Assembly: GCA_012838705.1 (NCBI GenBank)
Contig: DUOT01000109.1
Span: forward strand, 8,578 to 72,577
Direction of reading: 5' to 3'
DNA length: 64,000 nt
Source of the DNA: Acholeplasmataceae bacterium
GTDB taxonomy: Bacteria; Bacillota_I; Bacilli_A; ML615J-28; CAG-698
A model generated the notes under the pieces. That model was given only the letters and a program-made list of their open reading frames with translations, was not told the origin of the DNA and did no database searches. Below are positions 28,900 to 37,580 of the stretch, piece after piece. The first letter of the stretch is position 1. Each line of letters starts with the position of its first letter. Both the position numbers and the translations under genes were made by a program.

Positions 28900-30793
28900 G
28901 GAACCTTTAATTGAAATTAGAAAGTTGAAAAAGTTTTTCCCATTAAAGAAAAAACATCCTTTCCAACTCAAAAGATATTATGTTCGTGCTAACGAAGATA
29001 TTTCACTAACAATATATAGAGGGGAAACTTTAGGGCTAGTTGGTGAAAGTGGTTGCGGAAAGTCAACATTAGGTCGTGTTATCCTTCAACTATATTCACC
29101 TACAAGTGGTAGTGCCCTATATTATGGAGTGCCTTTACGTGAAGCAAATCCAAAATATGTTATAAGGGAAATTAAAAAACTTCCAAAATATCAAAAAAGG
29201 GCAAGTAATGCATATAAAAAGTCTTTAAGAGTAGACGAAAGAATTAAAAAACTAAAAGAAAAAGCACAAAATATCGATAGAGAAGAATTTAAAGCACAAG
29301 TTGCAGCAAAATTACAACAATATGATATTAAGCTTGAAGAATTAAAACTACAAGAAGAAAACTATCGAGCACAAACTATTGAAGCAATAAAAAAAGCTAC
29401 TAATGAGTATAAGGCTTTTATTAAGGATAATACTAAAATAAAATCATTTGATCCTAATTGGGAAGATGATGTTAATAACGTTCTAAACATGCTTGCAAAT
29501 GATGATGGAAGAACTAGTATTATAGATTATATCGAATTATTGCAAATCCCTAACAAAGAAGCAATAAAAAATTATAAAAAAGTTATTGTTGCTCAAAGCA
29601 AACAAGATGCTATTGAAGGGAAAAAAGCACAAGTAAATGTTACATTTACTGACCGCTTAATTAAATACTTAGAATATAGATCTAAAGAATTGAAGAAAGA
29701 AGCTTCCCGTCAATTACGTGAGGGAAGTAGAACTGCCGGCGAATATATTCTTGAAGCCGACTTACCTATTATCTCTCAGTTAATGCTTGAAGAAGAGTTA
29801 ATACATCGTCGAAACTTTGCTAGAAGAAAGCATATTAAAAAACTGAAAGAACAAGATGCGGAAAAAAATAGAGAAGTAATAGAGAGATTGGAAAAAGAAA
29901 TTGTTGATGGAGAAAAACGTCAAAAAGAAGTATTAGAAGAACTTGAAAAATATCATTTTAAAGAAGTTCTTCCAATTACTGAACGTTGCTTAAATCCTGA
30001 ATATCAAAAGAAATTAGAAAGAAATCGCGAATATGCAATTAACTTACAAAAGTTAAATAAACACGAAATGCGAGTTCTTCGTCAAAAATTACAAATGATT
30101 TTCCAAGATCCATATTCTTCACTTAATCCTCGTATGACAGTAGGGCAAGCAATAAGCGAAGCTGTTGTTGAGCATGGATTATTCCCTAAAAACTCTCCAG
30201 AACTAGAACAATATGTTATTGATGTTATGGCGAAATGTGGTCTTGACCATTATATGGTTCACCGTTACCCACATCAATTCTCTGGAGGTCAAAGACAAAG
30301 AATTGTTATTGCTCGTGCTCTAGCATTACAACCAGAATTCGTAGTTTGTGACGAATCAGTAAGTGCTTTGGACGTTTCTATCCAATCACAAATCCTAAAC
30401 TTACTTGATGAATTAAAGAAGGATCGAAACTTAACGTATTTATTTATATCTCATGACTTAAGTGTTATTAAGCATATAAGCGATCGAATTGGTGTAATGT
30501 ACTTAGGTAATGTTGTTGAGTTGTGTGAAGCAGAAACATTATATGAAAATCCATTACATCCATATTCGAAAGCATTAATTTCTGCTATTCCAACAACTAG
30601 TCAAGAGAAGAGGGAAAGAATTATTCTTGAAGGAGATATTCCATCAAATATTTTCCCACCTTCTGGATGTAAGTTTAGAACTAGATGTCCATTAGCTCGT
30701 GGTATATGTGCGAAGGTTGAACCAAAATTAGAAGAGGTAGAACCAGGTCATAAGGTAGCGTGTCATTTCTATGAAGAAACGAAAAACTTATAA
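28883..30793 (+). CDS. oppF: Oligopeptide ABC ATP-binding protein OppF with a K/E-rich insertion of about 320 aa between Walker A and the Q-loop
   Basis: Walker A GESGCGKST, then a long charged coiled-coil-like segment, then FSGGQRQRIVIARAL, Walker B and a C-terminal Cys motif. Start at ATG 28883 after RBS GAGGTG. Confidence 0.85.
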   Translation: MKQLNKEPLIEIRKLKKFFPLKKKHPFQLKRYYVRANEDISLTIYRGETLGLVGESGCGKSTLGRVILQLYSPTSGSALYYGVPLREANPKYVIREIKKLPKYQKRASNAYKKSLRVDERIKKLKEKAQNIDREEFKAQVAAKLQQYDIKLEELKLQEENYRAQTIEAIKKATNEYKAFIKDNTKIKSFDPNWEDDVNNVLNMLANDDGRTSIIDYIELLQIPNKEAIKNYKKVIVAQSKQDAIEGKKAQVNVTFTDRLIKYLEYRSKELKKEASRQLREGSRTAGEYILEADLPIISQLMLEEELIHRRNFARRKHIKKLKEQDAEKNREVIERLEKEIVDGEKRQKEVLEELEKYHFKEVLPITERCLNPEYQKKLERNREYAINLQKLNKHEMRVLRQKLQMIFQDPYSSLNPRMTVGQAISEAVVEHGLFPKNSPELEQYVIDVMAKCGLDHYMVHRYPHQFSGGQRQRIVIARALALQPEFVVCDESVSALDVSIQSQILNLLDELKKDRNLTYLFISHDLSVIKHISDRIGVMYLGNVVELCEAETLYENPLHPYSKALISAIPTTSQEKRERIILEGDIPSNIFPPSGCKFRTRCPLARGICAKVEPKLEEVEPGHKVACHFYEETKNL

Positions 30794-30965
30794 AAAATTA
30801 ACCCCTGAAGAAGAAGCACAAATAAGAAAAAAACTTCAGGAAACTCCATTAGAAAAAAAAGATACTTTTGCGTTAATAATATCAATGTTAATTACATTGT
30901 TACCAAGGGTACTTTTGATTCTAGGAATCTTTGTGTTCTTTATATGGCTCTTCTTTCTTCGATAA
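30771..30965 (+). CDS. Possible small single-TM protein overlapping the oppF 3' end
   Basis: 64-aa ORF with a C-terminal hydrophobic helix. No clear RBS; could be spurious. Confidence 0.2.
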   Translation: MKKRKTYKKLTPEEEAQIRKKLQETPLEKKDTFALIISMLITLLPRVLLILGIFVFFIWLFFLR

Positions 30966-30973
30966 TATAAAAA

Positions 30974-31012
30974 AGGCAGTAATTTCTATTACTACCTTTT
31001 ATTTTTTTGTAA
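30974..31012 (+). terminator. Terminator of the opp operon
   Basis: GGCAGTAAT-ttct-ATTACTACC followed by TTTTATTTTTTT. Confidence 0.55.
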
Positions 31013-31075
31013 AAAAGTGTTTATTTTTTTGTAAAATCGTGATAAAATGTAATAAACCAAGAAAGGAGAAGAATT

Positions 31076-31531
31076 ATGATTACTTTATATACATCTCCTA
31101 GTTGTCTTTCATGTCGTAAAGTAAAAAAGTATTTTGATAAATATAATATCAAATATATTGAAAAGAATATTATGCATACACGTTTAACACGTGATGATAT
31201 TTTCAATATGCTTGTTAATAGCGAAAATGGATTTGAAGATATTATTTCTCCACGTTCAAAAGTCTTTAAAGAAGCAAATGTGGATTTTAATAGTATGACA
31301 ATACATGAACTTGTTGACTTTATCGTCGACAATCCAACGATATTGAAACGTCCAATCATCGTTACCGAAACAGATCTTCAAGTGGGTTATAATGATGATG
31401 ATATTACATTATTTTTACCACCTGAAATACGTAATCGTGAATGTAGTTTCTGTTTAGGACCTCATGAAAATTGTGATTATGTAAAAGCATTAAAAGTAGA
31501 TAATGAATCTAGTAAAGAGGCTGTTGAGTGA
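31076..31531 (+). CDS. spx: Spx-family (ArsC-fold) global regulator with a Cys-rich C-terminal extension
   Basis: MITLYTSPSCLSCRK (CxxC), RPIIV and LQVGYNDDDI. About 20 extra C-terminal residues: RNRECSFCLGPHENCDY. Confidence 0.8.
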   Translation: MITLYTSPSCLSCRKVKKYFDKYNIKYIEKNIMHTRLTRDDIFNMLVNSENGFEDIISPRSKVFKEANVDFNSMTIHELVDFIVDNPTILKRPIIVTETDLQVGYNDDDITLFLPPEIRNRECSFCLGPHENCDYVKALKVDNESSKEAVE

Positions 31532-31607
31532 TCAACAGTTTTTTTATTAAATAGTATTAGCATTTTAGAGCATTTTATATTATAATTTATAATAGGAGGT
31601 AGAGAGT

Positions 31608-33386
31608 ATGAAGTTTATAAAAAGATTATTACTTGTTGTACTCTTTATTTTCTCACTTAATATATTAGTGGGTTGCAACAATAATAAAATAGACACTCTA
31701 TTAGTTGGCGTACATGAAATCGAAGAAAATTTTTTAGTAAATGCTAATAATTATGTAAGTGATTTAGTACATGGTTATAGTACATTAGTAAAAACAGAAA
31801 ATGGTGAATATGTTTGGGATACAAATATCGTATTAACTAAAGCCCCAGAAGTAAAATTTGATGATGATGGCAACAAAACATACCATTTTACACTCCGTAA
31901 AAATCTAGAATGGAATAATGGAAGTAAAATTACAGCTAAAGATTATGTTGCAAGTATTCTCCTATTTTCTTCATCAGAATGGAATACTTTATCACCATCT
32001 AATGTTGGATCTAAGCTTTTAGGATATAATGAATATCGAAAAGGAATAAAATCAAAAAATAACTATACGTCGATACACGAAATTTTTAGAGGAGTAAGAT
32101 TAACAGATGACTATACATTTTCCTTAACAATAGATAAGAAATATATCCCTAATTTTTATGAATCAGCTTTTGTTGCAGCAAAGCCAATATATCTTGAATC
32201 TTTTCTTCCTGGATTTGATATTAAAGATGATGGTGAAGGGGCATATTTGAAATCAAGTGATTCATTAAATGTATTAGAGCTTCTACAAATCAATGTTTTT
32301 AGTGAAAATGGTGAAAAACTAAATCCAAAGGTTACTTGTGGACCATATAATTTTATTAGTTTTGATAAAAATAATATTTTTCTTGAAGTAAATCCTCATT
32401 ACCAAGGTAATTATGAAAAGAAAAAACCGAAGATAGAAATAATCGAAATTAAAGAAATAACACCATTAACTGATGTCGAACAAGTGATTGCTGGCTCTGT
32501 TGATTTAGTTATAGGAATAAATGATCCCAATAAAATAAAGATTGCGAAAGAAACAACTAATGTAGGATTATGCAATTACTTAGAAAATGGATTTAGATTT
32601 ATTGGAATTGCTAATGATAAAGAACCAACTTCATATCCAGAAGTAAGAAGAGCAATTGCTTATTTAATAGATCGTAATAAATTATTAACTTATGAAGCAT
32701 CAGGTTACGGTGCAATAATTAATGCACCATATTCTAAAGATGATTGGTATTATTTAGAATCTAAAAATGAGTTAGAAAGTAAACTTGCAACTTATTCTCA
32801 AAGTATTAACAGTGCAAATATAGAATTAAATATGAGCCCTTATAAATATGAAGAGGATGGTGAAACTTTATATAACCCTGAAAAGGCTGCTAATGATTAT
32901 TTTCGTCATGATGCCGATGGAAACATATTAGAAATCACACAATGCATTAAAACAAAAAACATGTTATCTCTCGATTTAAGTTTACATGCTTGGAAAGTTG
33001 GAATAAAGTTTCAATATGATGAAGTGGAAAGTGAAGAATTTATTGAAAGAATAAATGAAAAACATTATCATCTTTATGAGCTTTCAATAAGCTTTGATGA
33101 CTTTGATCCATATTTATATTGGCATAGTGATGTTGTGGATACTGATTTAATGGCAGTAAGTGATATGATTATTGATGAAATGGTTCTGAAAATGCATAGG
33201 GCGCAAAGTAAAGAAGATTTTGTAGAAGCATTTATTAATTTCTCAACAAGATGGAATCGAATATTACCATGTATTCCTTTATATTCTTCAGAATATTATG
33301 ATGTATATAATAAAAAGGTTAAAGGATTAAAGACAAATGCTCATTGGACTTGGGCAAATGATATTTGTGATATTTACATAGATTAA
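31608..33386 (+). CDS. Second oligopeptide-type substrate-binding lipoprotein, an orphan OppA paralog
   Basis: Lipobox LVGC. Collinear with the first SBP (VTCGPY, VEQVIAG, ...WTWANDICD C-terminus). Confidence 0.8.
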   Translation: MKFIKRLLLVVLFIFSLNILVGCNNNKIDTLLVGVHEIEENFLVNANNYVSDLVHGYSTLVKTENGEYVWDTNIVLTKAPEVKFDDDGNKTYHFTLRKNLEWNNGSKITAKDYVASILLFSSSEWNTLSPSNVGSKLLGYNEYRKGIKSKNNYTSIHEIFRGVRLTDDYTFSLTIDKKYIPNFYESAFVAAKPIYLESFLPGFDIKDDGEGAYLKSSDSLNVLELLQINVFSENGEKLNPKVTCGPYNFISFDKNNIFLEVNPHYQGNYEKKKPKIEIIEIKEITPLTDVEQVIAGSVDLVIGINDPNKIKIAKETTNVGLCNYLENGFRFIGIANDKEPTSYPEVRRAIAYLIDRNKLLTYEASGYGAIINAPYSKDDWYYLESKNELESKLATYSQSINSANIELNMSPYKYEEDGETLYNPEKAANDYFRHDADGNILEITQCIKTKNMLSLDLSLHAWKVGIKFQYDEVESEEFIERINEKHYHLYELSISFDDFDPYLYWHSDVVDTDLMAVSDMIIDEMVLKMHRAQSKEDFVEAFINFSTRWNRILPCIPLYSSEYYDVYNKKVKGLKTNAHWTWANDICDIYID

Positions 33387-33415
33387 AAAAAGATTGCACT
33401 AACGCAATCTTTTTA
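33385..33415. terminator. Bidirectional terminator
   Basis: AGATTGC-actaac-GCAATCT flanked by an A-run and a T-run. Confidence 0.55.
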
Positions 33416-33995
33416 ATATTGAATAAGCCCTTTTAATTTTTTTATCAGCTTTTGTGTATTTAATATTAAGTTCACTAATTATTTCTACAAACTCTTTTTT
33501 ACCTTGATAATATGATTGTGCGATATATTCAATTTCGTGATCAAAATATCCAGAATAAGTTTTGCCATCTATATAAAAAGTGTAGTCACTTTTATCGATA
33601 AAAAGAATACCATTTTTATAAGGCAAATACATTCGTTTGGTTGCTAAACTTAGAAAGCGAAATACTCTTTGCCCATTAATTAGAGGTGATAGTGCATTTT
33701 GAATTTCCGGAAATGGAATTGCACCTGTTTCAATCATGTCTTCAAATTGTTCTTGACTTAATGGAAATGTGTTAACGTTGATAGAATAGCCTTTTTTCCT
33801 TTTTAATGTTATTTCTAAGTTATCGCGTTCTCTTACTCTAAGAGATGTACTATATCCTTTTAGTGAAAAACGAGGTGTATCAAAGTAATGATTAGTTTGG
33901 AAATCGAATTTGCTCCCCTTAAATTGATTTATTAATCTGTCATACTCAGCTTCAGTAATTAAACTTTTAAAACCAACTTCGGTGCCTTTTTGCAT
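33399..33995 (-). CDS. CYTH-domain protein (YjbK-like triphosphate tunnel metalloenzyme)
   Basis: N-terminal TEVGFKSLITEAEY (ExExK pattern). Sits next to relQ-ppnK as yjbK does in B. subtilis. Confidence 0.65.
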   Translation of the reverse strand: MQKGTEVGFKSLITEAEYDRLINQFKGSKFDFQTNHYFDTPRFSLKGYSTSLRVRERDNLEITLKRKKGYSINVNTFPLSQEQFEDMIETGAIPFPEIQNALSPLINGQRVFRFLSLATKRMYLPYKNGILFIDKSDYTFYIDGKTYSGYFDHEIEYIAQSYYQGKKEFVEIISELNIKYTKADKKIKRAYSILKRLR

Positions 33996-34165
33996 TCTAT
34001 CTCTCCTTCTATTTGATTTATATTATATTATACAATATAAAAAGTAAATTGCAATACTATTTTCGTCAAATTTTTCATTTATATTATAAGAATCTTTGAA
34101 AAAGACTTAAAAAAATCTTAAAAATATGATAAAATAATAATGGTGTTGCATAGGAGGCAAGATAT

Positions 34166-34852
34166 ATGATTAGTGAAGAAATGTTAATTGATGATTTTAA
34201 TTGGGATGTTTTCCTTCAGCCTTATGAACTAGCAATTAATGAATTTATTATTAAACTTGAATCAATGAAAAAACAATATATACTAAAAAAAGCAAAAAAT
34301 CCAATTGAATCAATTACAGGAAGGATTAAAACTCCTTCTAGTATAATAGAAAAGGCAAAACGTTTAAATGTTAGTTTTTCAGATATTCCTGAAGCAATAC
34401 AAGATATTGGTGGTATTCGAATTACATGTAAATATGTAGAAGATGTATATGAAATATATAATTTATTGCAAGCTCGAAAAGATATTAAAATTGCATATGT
34501 CAAGGATTATATTAAAAATCCTAAACCTTCAGGATATCGTTCACTACATATTATTGCAAAGCATGATGTTGAAACAATAGATGGGTTAAAACAAATATAT
34601 ATCGAATTTCAAATTAGAACACTAGCGATGCATTTATGGGCTACAATTGAGCATTCGTTAAAATATAAATATTTTCAAAATATTCCAGAACAAATAAAAG
34701 CAAAATTACAAGATGCAGCTGCGATAACTATGGATCTTGATGAAAAGATTTCTAAAATCCATCATGAAGTTGAAACTTTAAATGATACTCATTCACGCCA
34801 TGAATATGAACTAGAATGGGAAGAACATATGATAAAGCGAGGAAGTATATGA
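34166..34852 (+). CDS. relQ: Small alarmone synthetase (GTP pyrophosphokinase, RelQ/SAS1-like)
   Basis: RelA/SpoT synthetase domain: GRIKTPSSIIEK, DIGGIRITC, SGYRSLHII. Linked to ppnK as yjbM is in Bacillus. Confidence 0.85.
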   Translation: MISEEMLIDDFNWDVFLQPYELAINEFIIKLESMKKQYILKKAKNPIESITGRIKTPSSIIEKAKRLNVSFSDIPEAIQDIGGIRITCKYVEDVYEIYNLLQARKDIKIAYVKDYIKNPKPSGYRSLHIIAKHDVETIDGLKQIYIEFQIRTLAMHLWATIEHSLKYKYFQNIPEQIKAKLQDAAAITMDLDEKISKIHHEVETLNDTHSRHEYELEWEEHMIKRGSI

Positions 34853-35613
34853 TTTATGGACTATTTGGTGAACATGAATTTACAAAGGAAGTTAATGAAA
34901 TATTAGAAAAGCGTGGACATATTCGTGATGATGAAAATCCTGAATTTGTTTTTTCCATTGGTGGCGACGGAACAATATTAAAAGCAATTAAGAAATATCA
35001 AAAACAAGTTGAAAATATTAAGTTTATTGGAATAAATCTTGGAAAACTCGGCTTTTATACAAGTTTTGAAAAGAAAGAATTAGAAGACGCAATTACTTTA
35101 GTTGAATCTGGTCAATATGAACTTGCTAAGTATAATCTTTTAGAATATTTATTAAAATCTAAGAATTTATATAAAAGTGGATTTGGGTTAAACGAAATTG
35201 CAATTATTAATCCAGTTCATACGCAAATTATTGATGTATATATTAATGATAAGCATTTTGAAACATTTAGGGGAACAGGTTTTCTAGCTTCAACTCCAAC
35301 TGGTTCAACTGCTTATAATAAATCTTTAGGTGGAAGTGTCATTGACCCAAATATTTGTGCTTTACAATTAACTGAAATAGCATCAATTAATAATCGTGTC
35401 TATAAAACTTTGGGTTCTCCTTTAGTTTTATCACAAAAGACATTGATTAAACTTAAGTCTGATTTTAGAAATACATATATTACTGTTGATGGTATGTATG
35501 AACATTTTAATAATATCGATGAAATAATTATTCGTTTATCAACAAGAACAGCTCAATTTATTGTTAAGCATGAAACGGATTTTTGGGATCGAGTTAAAAG
35601 AAGTTTTTTATAG
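34849..35613 (+). CDS. ppnK: NAD kinase
   Basis: GGDGTIL motif. ATGA start/stop overlap with relQ. Confidence 0.9.
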   Translation: MIYGLFGEHEFTKEVNEILEKRGHIRDDENPEFVFSIGGDGTILKAIKKYQKQVENIKFIGINLGKLGFYTSFEKKELEDAITLVESGQYELAKYNLLEYLLKSKNLYKSGFGLNEIAIINPVHTQIIDVYINDKHFETFRGTGFLASTPTGSTAYNKSLGGSVIDPNICALQLTEIASINNRVYKTLGSPLVLSQKTLIKLKSDFRNTYITVDGMYEHFNNIDEIIIRLSTRTAQFIVKHETDFWDRVKRSFL

Positions 35614-35627
35614 TGAGGAGTGAAATA

Positions 35628-36149
35628 ATGCCATATATTAAACCAGTATATGTTGCCTATGATGGCGCAAATGATTTAGAACATTACAAAGAAATGCAAG
35701 AATGGACCCAAAGTGATGGTTCAAAATTTAATTTTTATGATGGATTAGATTTATCTAAAAAAATTGATAAATTACCAGATGAAGAAGTAAAAAAATTAAT
35801 ATCAGAGCGAATTGATCAATCGGAAGTATTTGTATTATTGATAACAAAATTTACAAAAAGATATCGTAAATTTATCCGTTGGCAAGTTGAAGCTGCAATG
35901 AATTTACAAAAACCAATAATTGTTTTAAATATTAATAAAATTCGTTCAGTTGATTATGACCGTGTTCCGATGGTATTTAAACGAAAAAATTTATCTTTAC
36001 ATATAACATTCCAAGCACCAATTTTAGAATTTGCCCTTGAAAATTGGCCTAAGAGTCATTATGAACATTTAGAAAAGGAAGAAATTAAAACATATCGATA
36101 TACTGTAGATGTATATGAAAGCTTAAATTTATTTACAAGTGATAATTAA
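35628..36149 (+). CDS. TIR-like / nucleoside-2-deoxyribosyltransferase-like flavodoxin-fold domain protein (DUF1863/ThsB-like pattern)
   Basis: RBS GAGGAG 14 nt after the ppnK stop. N-terminal beta-strand plus acidic patch KPVYVAYDGANDL. RYRKFIRWQVEAAMNLQKPIIVL resembles ThsB RRWVRYEIMKS..KIIGI and NDT WEIGYAYALGKPVIGL, with the Glu conserved. Confidence 0.35.
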   Translation: MPYIKPVYVAYDGANDLEHYKEMQEWTQSDGSKFNFYDGLDLSKKIDKLPDEEVKKLISERIDQSEVFVLLITKFTKRYRKFIRWQVEAAMNLQKPIIVLNINKIRSVDYDRVPMVFKRKNLSLHITFQAPILEFALENWPKSHYEHLEKEEIKTYRYTVDVYESLNLFTSDN

Positions 36150-36177
36150 AAGGCTAGAAAATTTCTAGCCTTTATTA
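36148..36177. terminator. Bidirectional terminator between the relQ operon and clpP
   Basis: AGGCTAGAAA/TTTCTAGCCT with flanking A and T runs. Confidence 0.55.
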
Positions 36178-36759
36178 TTTTTGCTTAACCATTATTTCAT
36201 CCACAATGCCATATTCTTTAGCTTCTTCCGCAAACATATAATTGTCTCTTTCAGTATCAAGTGTTATAGTTTCAATTGATTTTCCAGTTTTTTCAGCTAA
36301 AATTTTATTGATACGTTCACGGATTCTAATAATATGTTTTGCTGCAATTTGAATTTCAGTAGCTTGACCTTGAGCTCCACCTAATGGTTGATGAATTAAT
36401 ACTTCACTATTAGGTAAGGCATATCGTCTTCCTTTTTCACCACTTGCGAGGATGAAAGCAGCCATTGAAGCAGCAAGTCCAAGACAAATAGTACATACTG
36501 GTGGTGAAATTAAATTCATTGTATCATAAATTGCCATTCCAGCAGTTACAGATCCACCAGGTGAGTTAATATATAAATATATTTCTTTCTCAGGGTCTTC
36601 TGCAGCAAGAAATAAAAGTTGTGCTACGACACTATTTGCTAGGGAATCATTAATTTCCCCGCAAAGCATTACGATTCGATCTTTTAATAATCGTGAATAA
36701 ATATCGTATGATCTTTCTCCACGAGAAGTTTGTTCAATAACAATCGGTGTATAATACAT
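36175..36759 (-). CDS. clpP: ATP-dependent Clp protease proteolytic subunit
   Basis: [29 protein letters not shown].., Ser-His-Asp triad context, 194 aa. Confidence 0.95.
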   Translation of the reverse strand: MYYTPIVIEQTSRGERSYDIYSRLLKDRIVMLCGEINDSLANSVVAQLLFLAAEDPEKEIYLYINSPGGSVTAGMAIYDTMNLISPPVCTICLGLAASMAAFILASGEKGRRYALPNSEVLIHQPLGGAQGQATEIQIAAKHIIRIRERINKILAEKTGKSIETITLDTERDNYMFAEEAKEYGIVDEIMVKQK

Positions 36760-36781
36760 AAATCATTCTCCTTTTAAAATT

Positions 36782-36810
36782 ATTTTATAATAATATTACT
36801 TTGATGTCAA
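36782..36810 (-). promoter_or_regulatory. Probable clpP sigma-A promoter
   Basis: Minus strand: TTGACA, 17 bp spacer, TAAAAT. Confidence 0.4.
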
Positions 36811-36898
36811 CTAATAAAAATGTTAGATTTTGTATTATGACATTAACACATTCTTTTTTTTAATCATATCGTATAATGATAGTAAAGGAGGTGTGGCT

Positions 36899-37222
36899 AT
36901 GAACTTTTCCCCATTTACTCCACCATTCGTAACAAACTTACCAGCAACAGTAACAACTTTACCACCAATTATTACTCGTAGTATGAATGTTGTGCATCGC
37001 TATAATATCATTAATCAACCGCATATACATGAACATTTAACACAAGTATGTACTCATAATATTAAACGTCATTTCTGCTGTCAAAGACCATTGTGTCAAG
37101 AGCATTGTACATTCAAAGAAGAATTTTGTGGGTGCCCAGGTCCAATGGGGCCAGGATCATGTGGTCGTCCGCTTGCGGATGTAGATTTTGATAACTTTGA
37201 TGATGTACCTATGTTTCAATAA
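36899..37222 (+). CDS. His/Cys-rich protein, CotD-like spore coat protein candidate
   Basis: Start MNFSPF after RBS AAAGGAGGTG. HRYNIINQPHIHEHLTQVCTHNIKRHFCCQ...CGCPGP resembles the CotD family. CATATCGTA (36865-73) upstream fits the sigma-K -10 CATAnnnTA. Confidence 0.4.
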   Translation: MNFSPFTPPFVTNLPATVTTLPPIITRSMNVVHRYNIINQPHIHEHLTQVCTHNIKRHFCCQRPLCQEHCTFKEEFCGCPGPMGPGSCGRPLADVDFDNFDDVPMFQ

Positions 37223-37275
37223 TTGAATATTCCGAATGAAAGATTATTTTAGATAATCTTTTGTTCTATTTAATA

Positions 37276-37295
37276 AGTACCGAAAGGTACTTTTT
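37276..37295 (+). terminator. Terminator after the cotD-like gene
   Basis: GTACC-gaaa-GGTAC followed by T5. Confidence 0.5.
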
Positions 37296-37322
37296 ATTGT
37301 TTTAAAAATAATTTAAAATATC

Positions 37323-37567
37323 TTGAATATAAAATACCTTCGTGATATAATAATATTAAATCGATGAGAAAGAAGTAGTAGTATTGCTTACTTATTCAAG
37401 AGAGGAAAACATTGGTGGAAGTTTTCTATAAGGACAATATGAATTCATCTTTCGAGAGGTTCTAATCAAACCCGCTTAAGTAGCGTTAAAAACTTGCGAG
37501 GGCATCGAAAGATGAACTAAGGTGGTACCGCGAAATATTCGTCCTTAGATTTTCTAAGGATTTTTTT
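37323..37567 (+). promoter_or_regulatory. pheST promoter and T-box riboswitch leader
   Basis: TTGAAT, 17 bp spacer, TATAAT (37323-51). T-box AAGGTGGTACCGCG (37519-32). Terminator TCCTTAG..CTAAGGA followed by T7. UUC codons occur in the stem-I region. Confidence 0.8.
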
Positions 37568-37580
37568 ATTGGAGGTTGTT

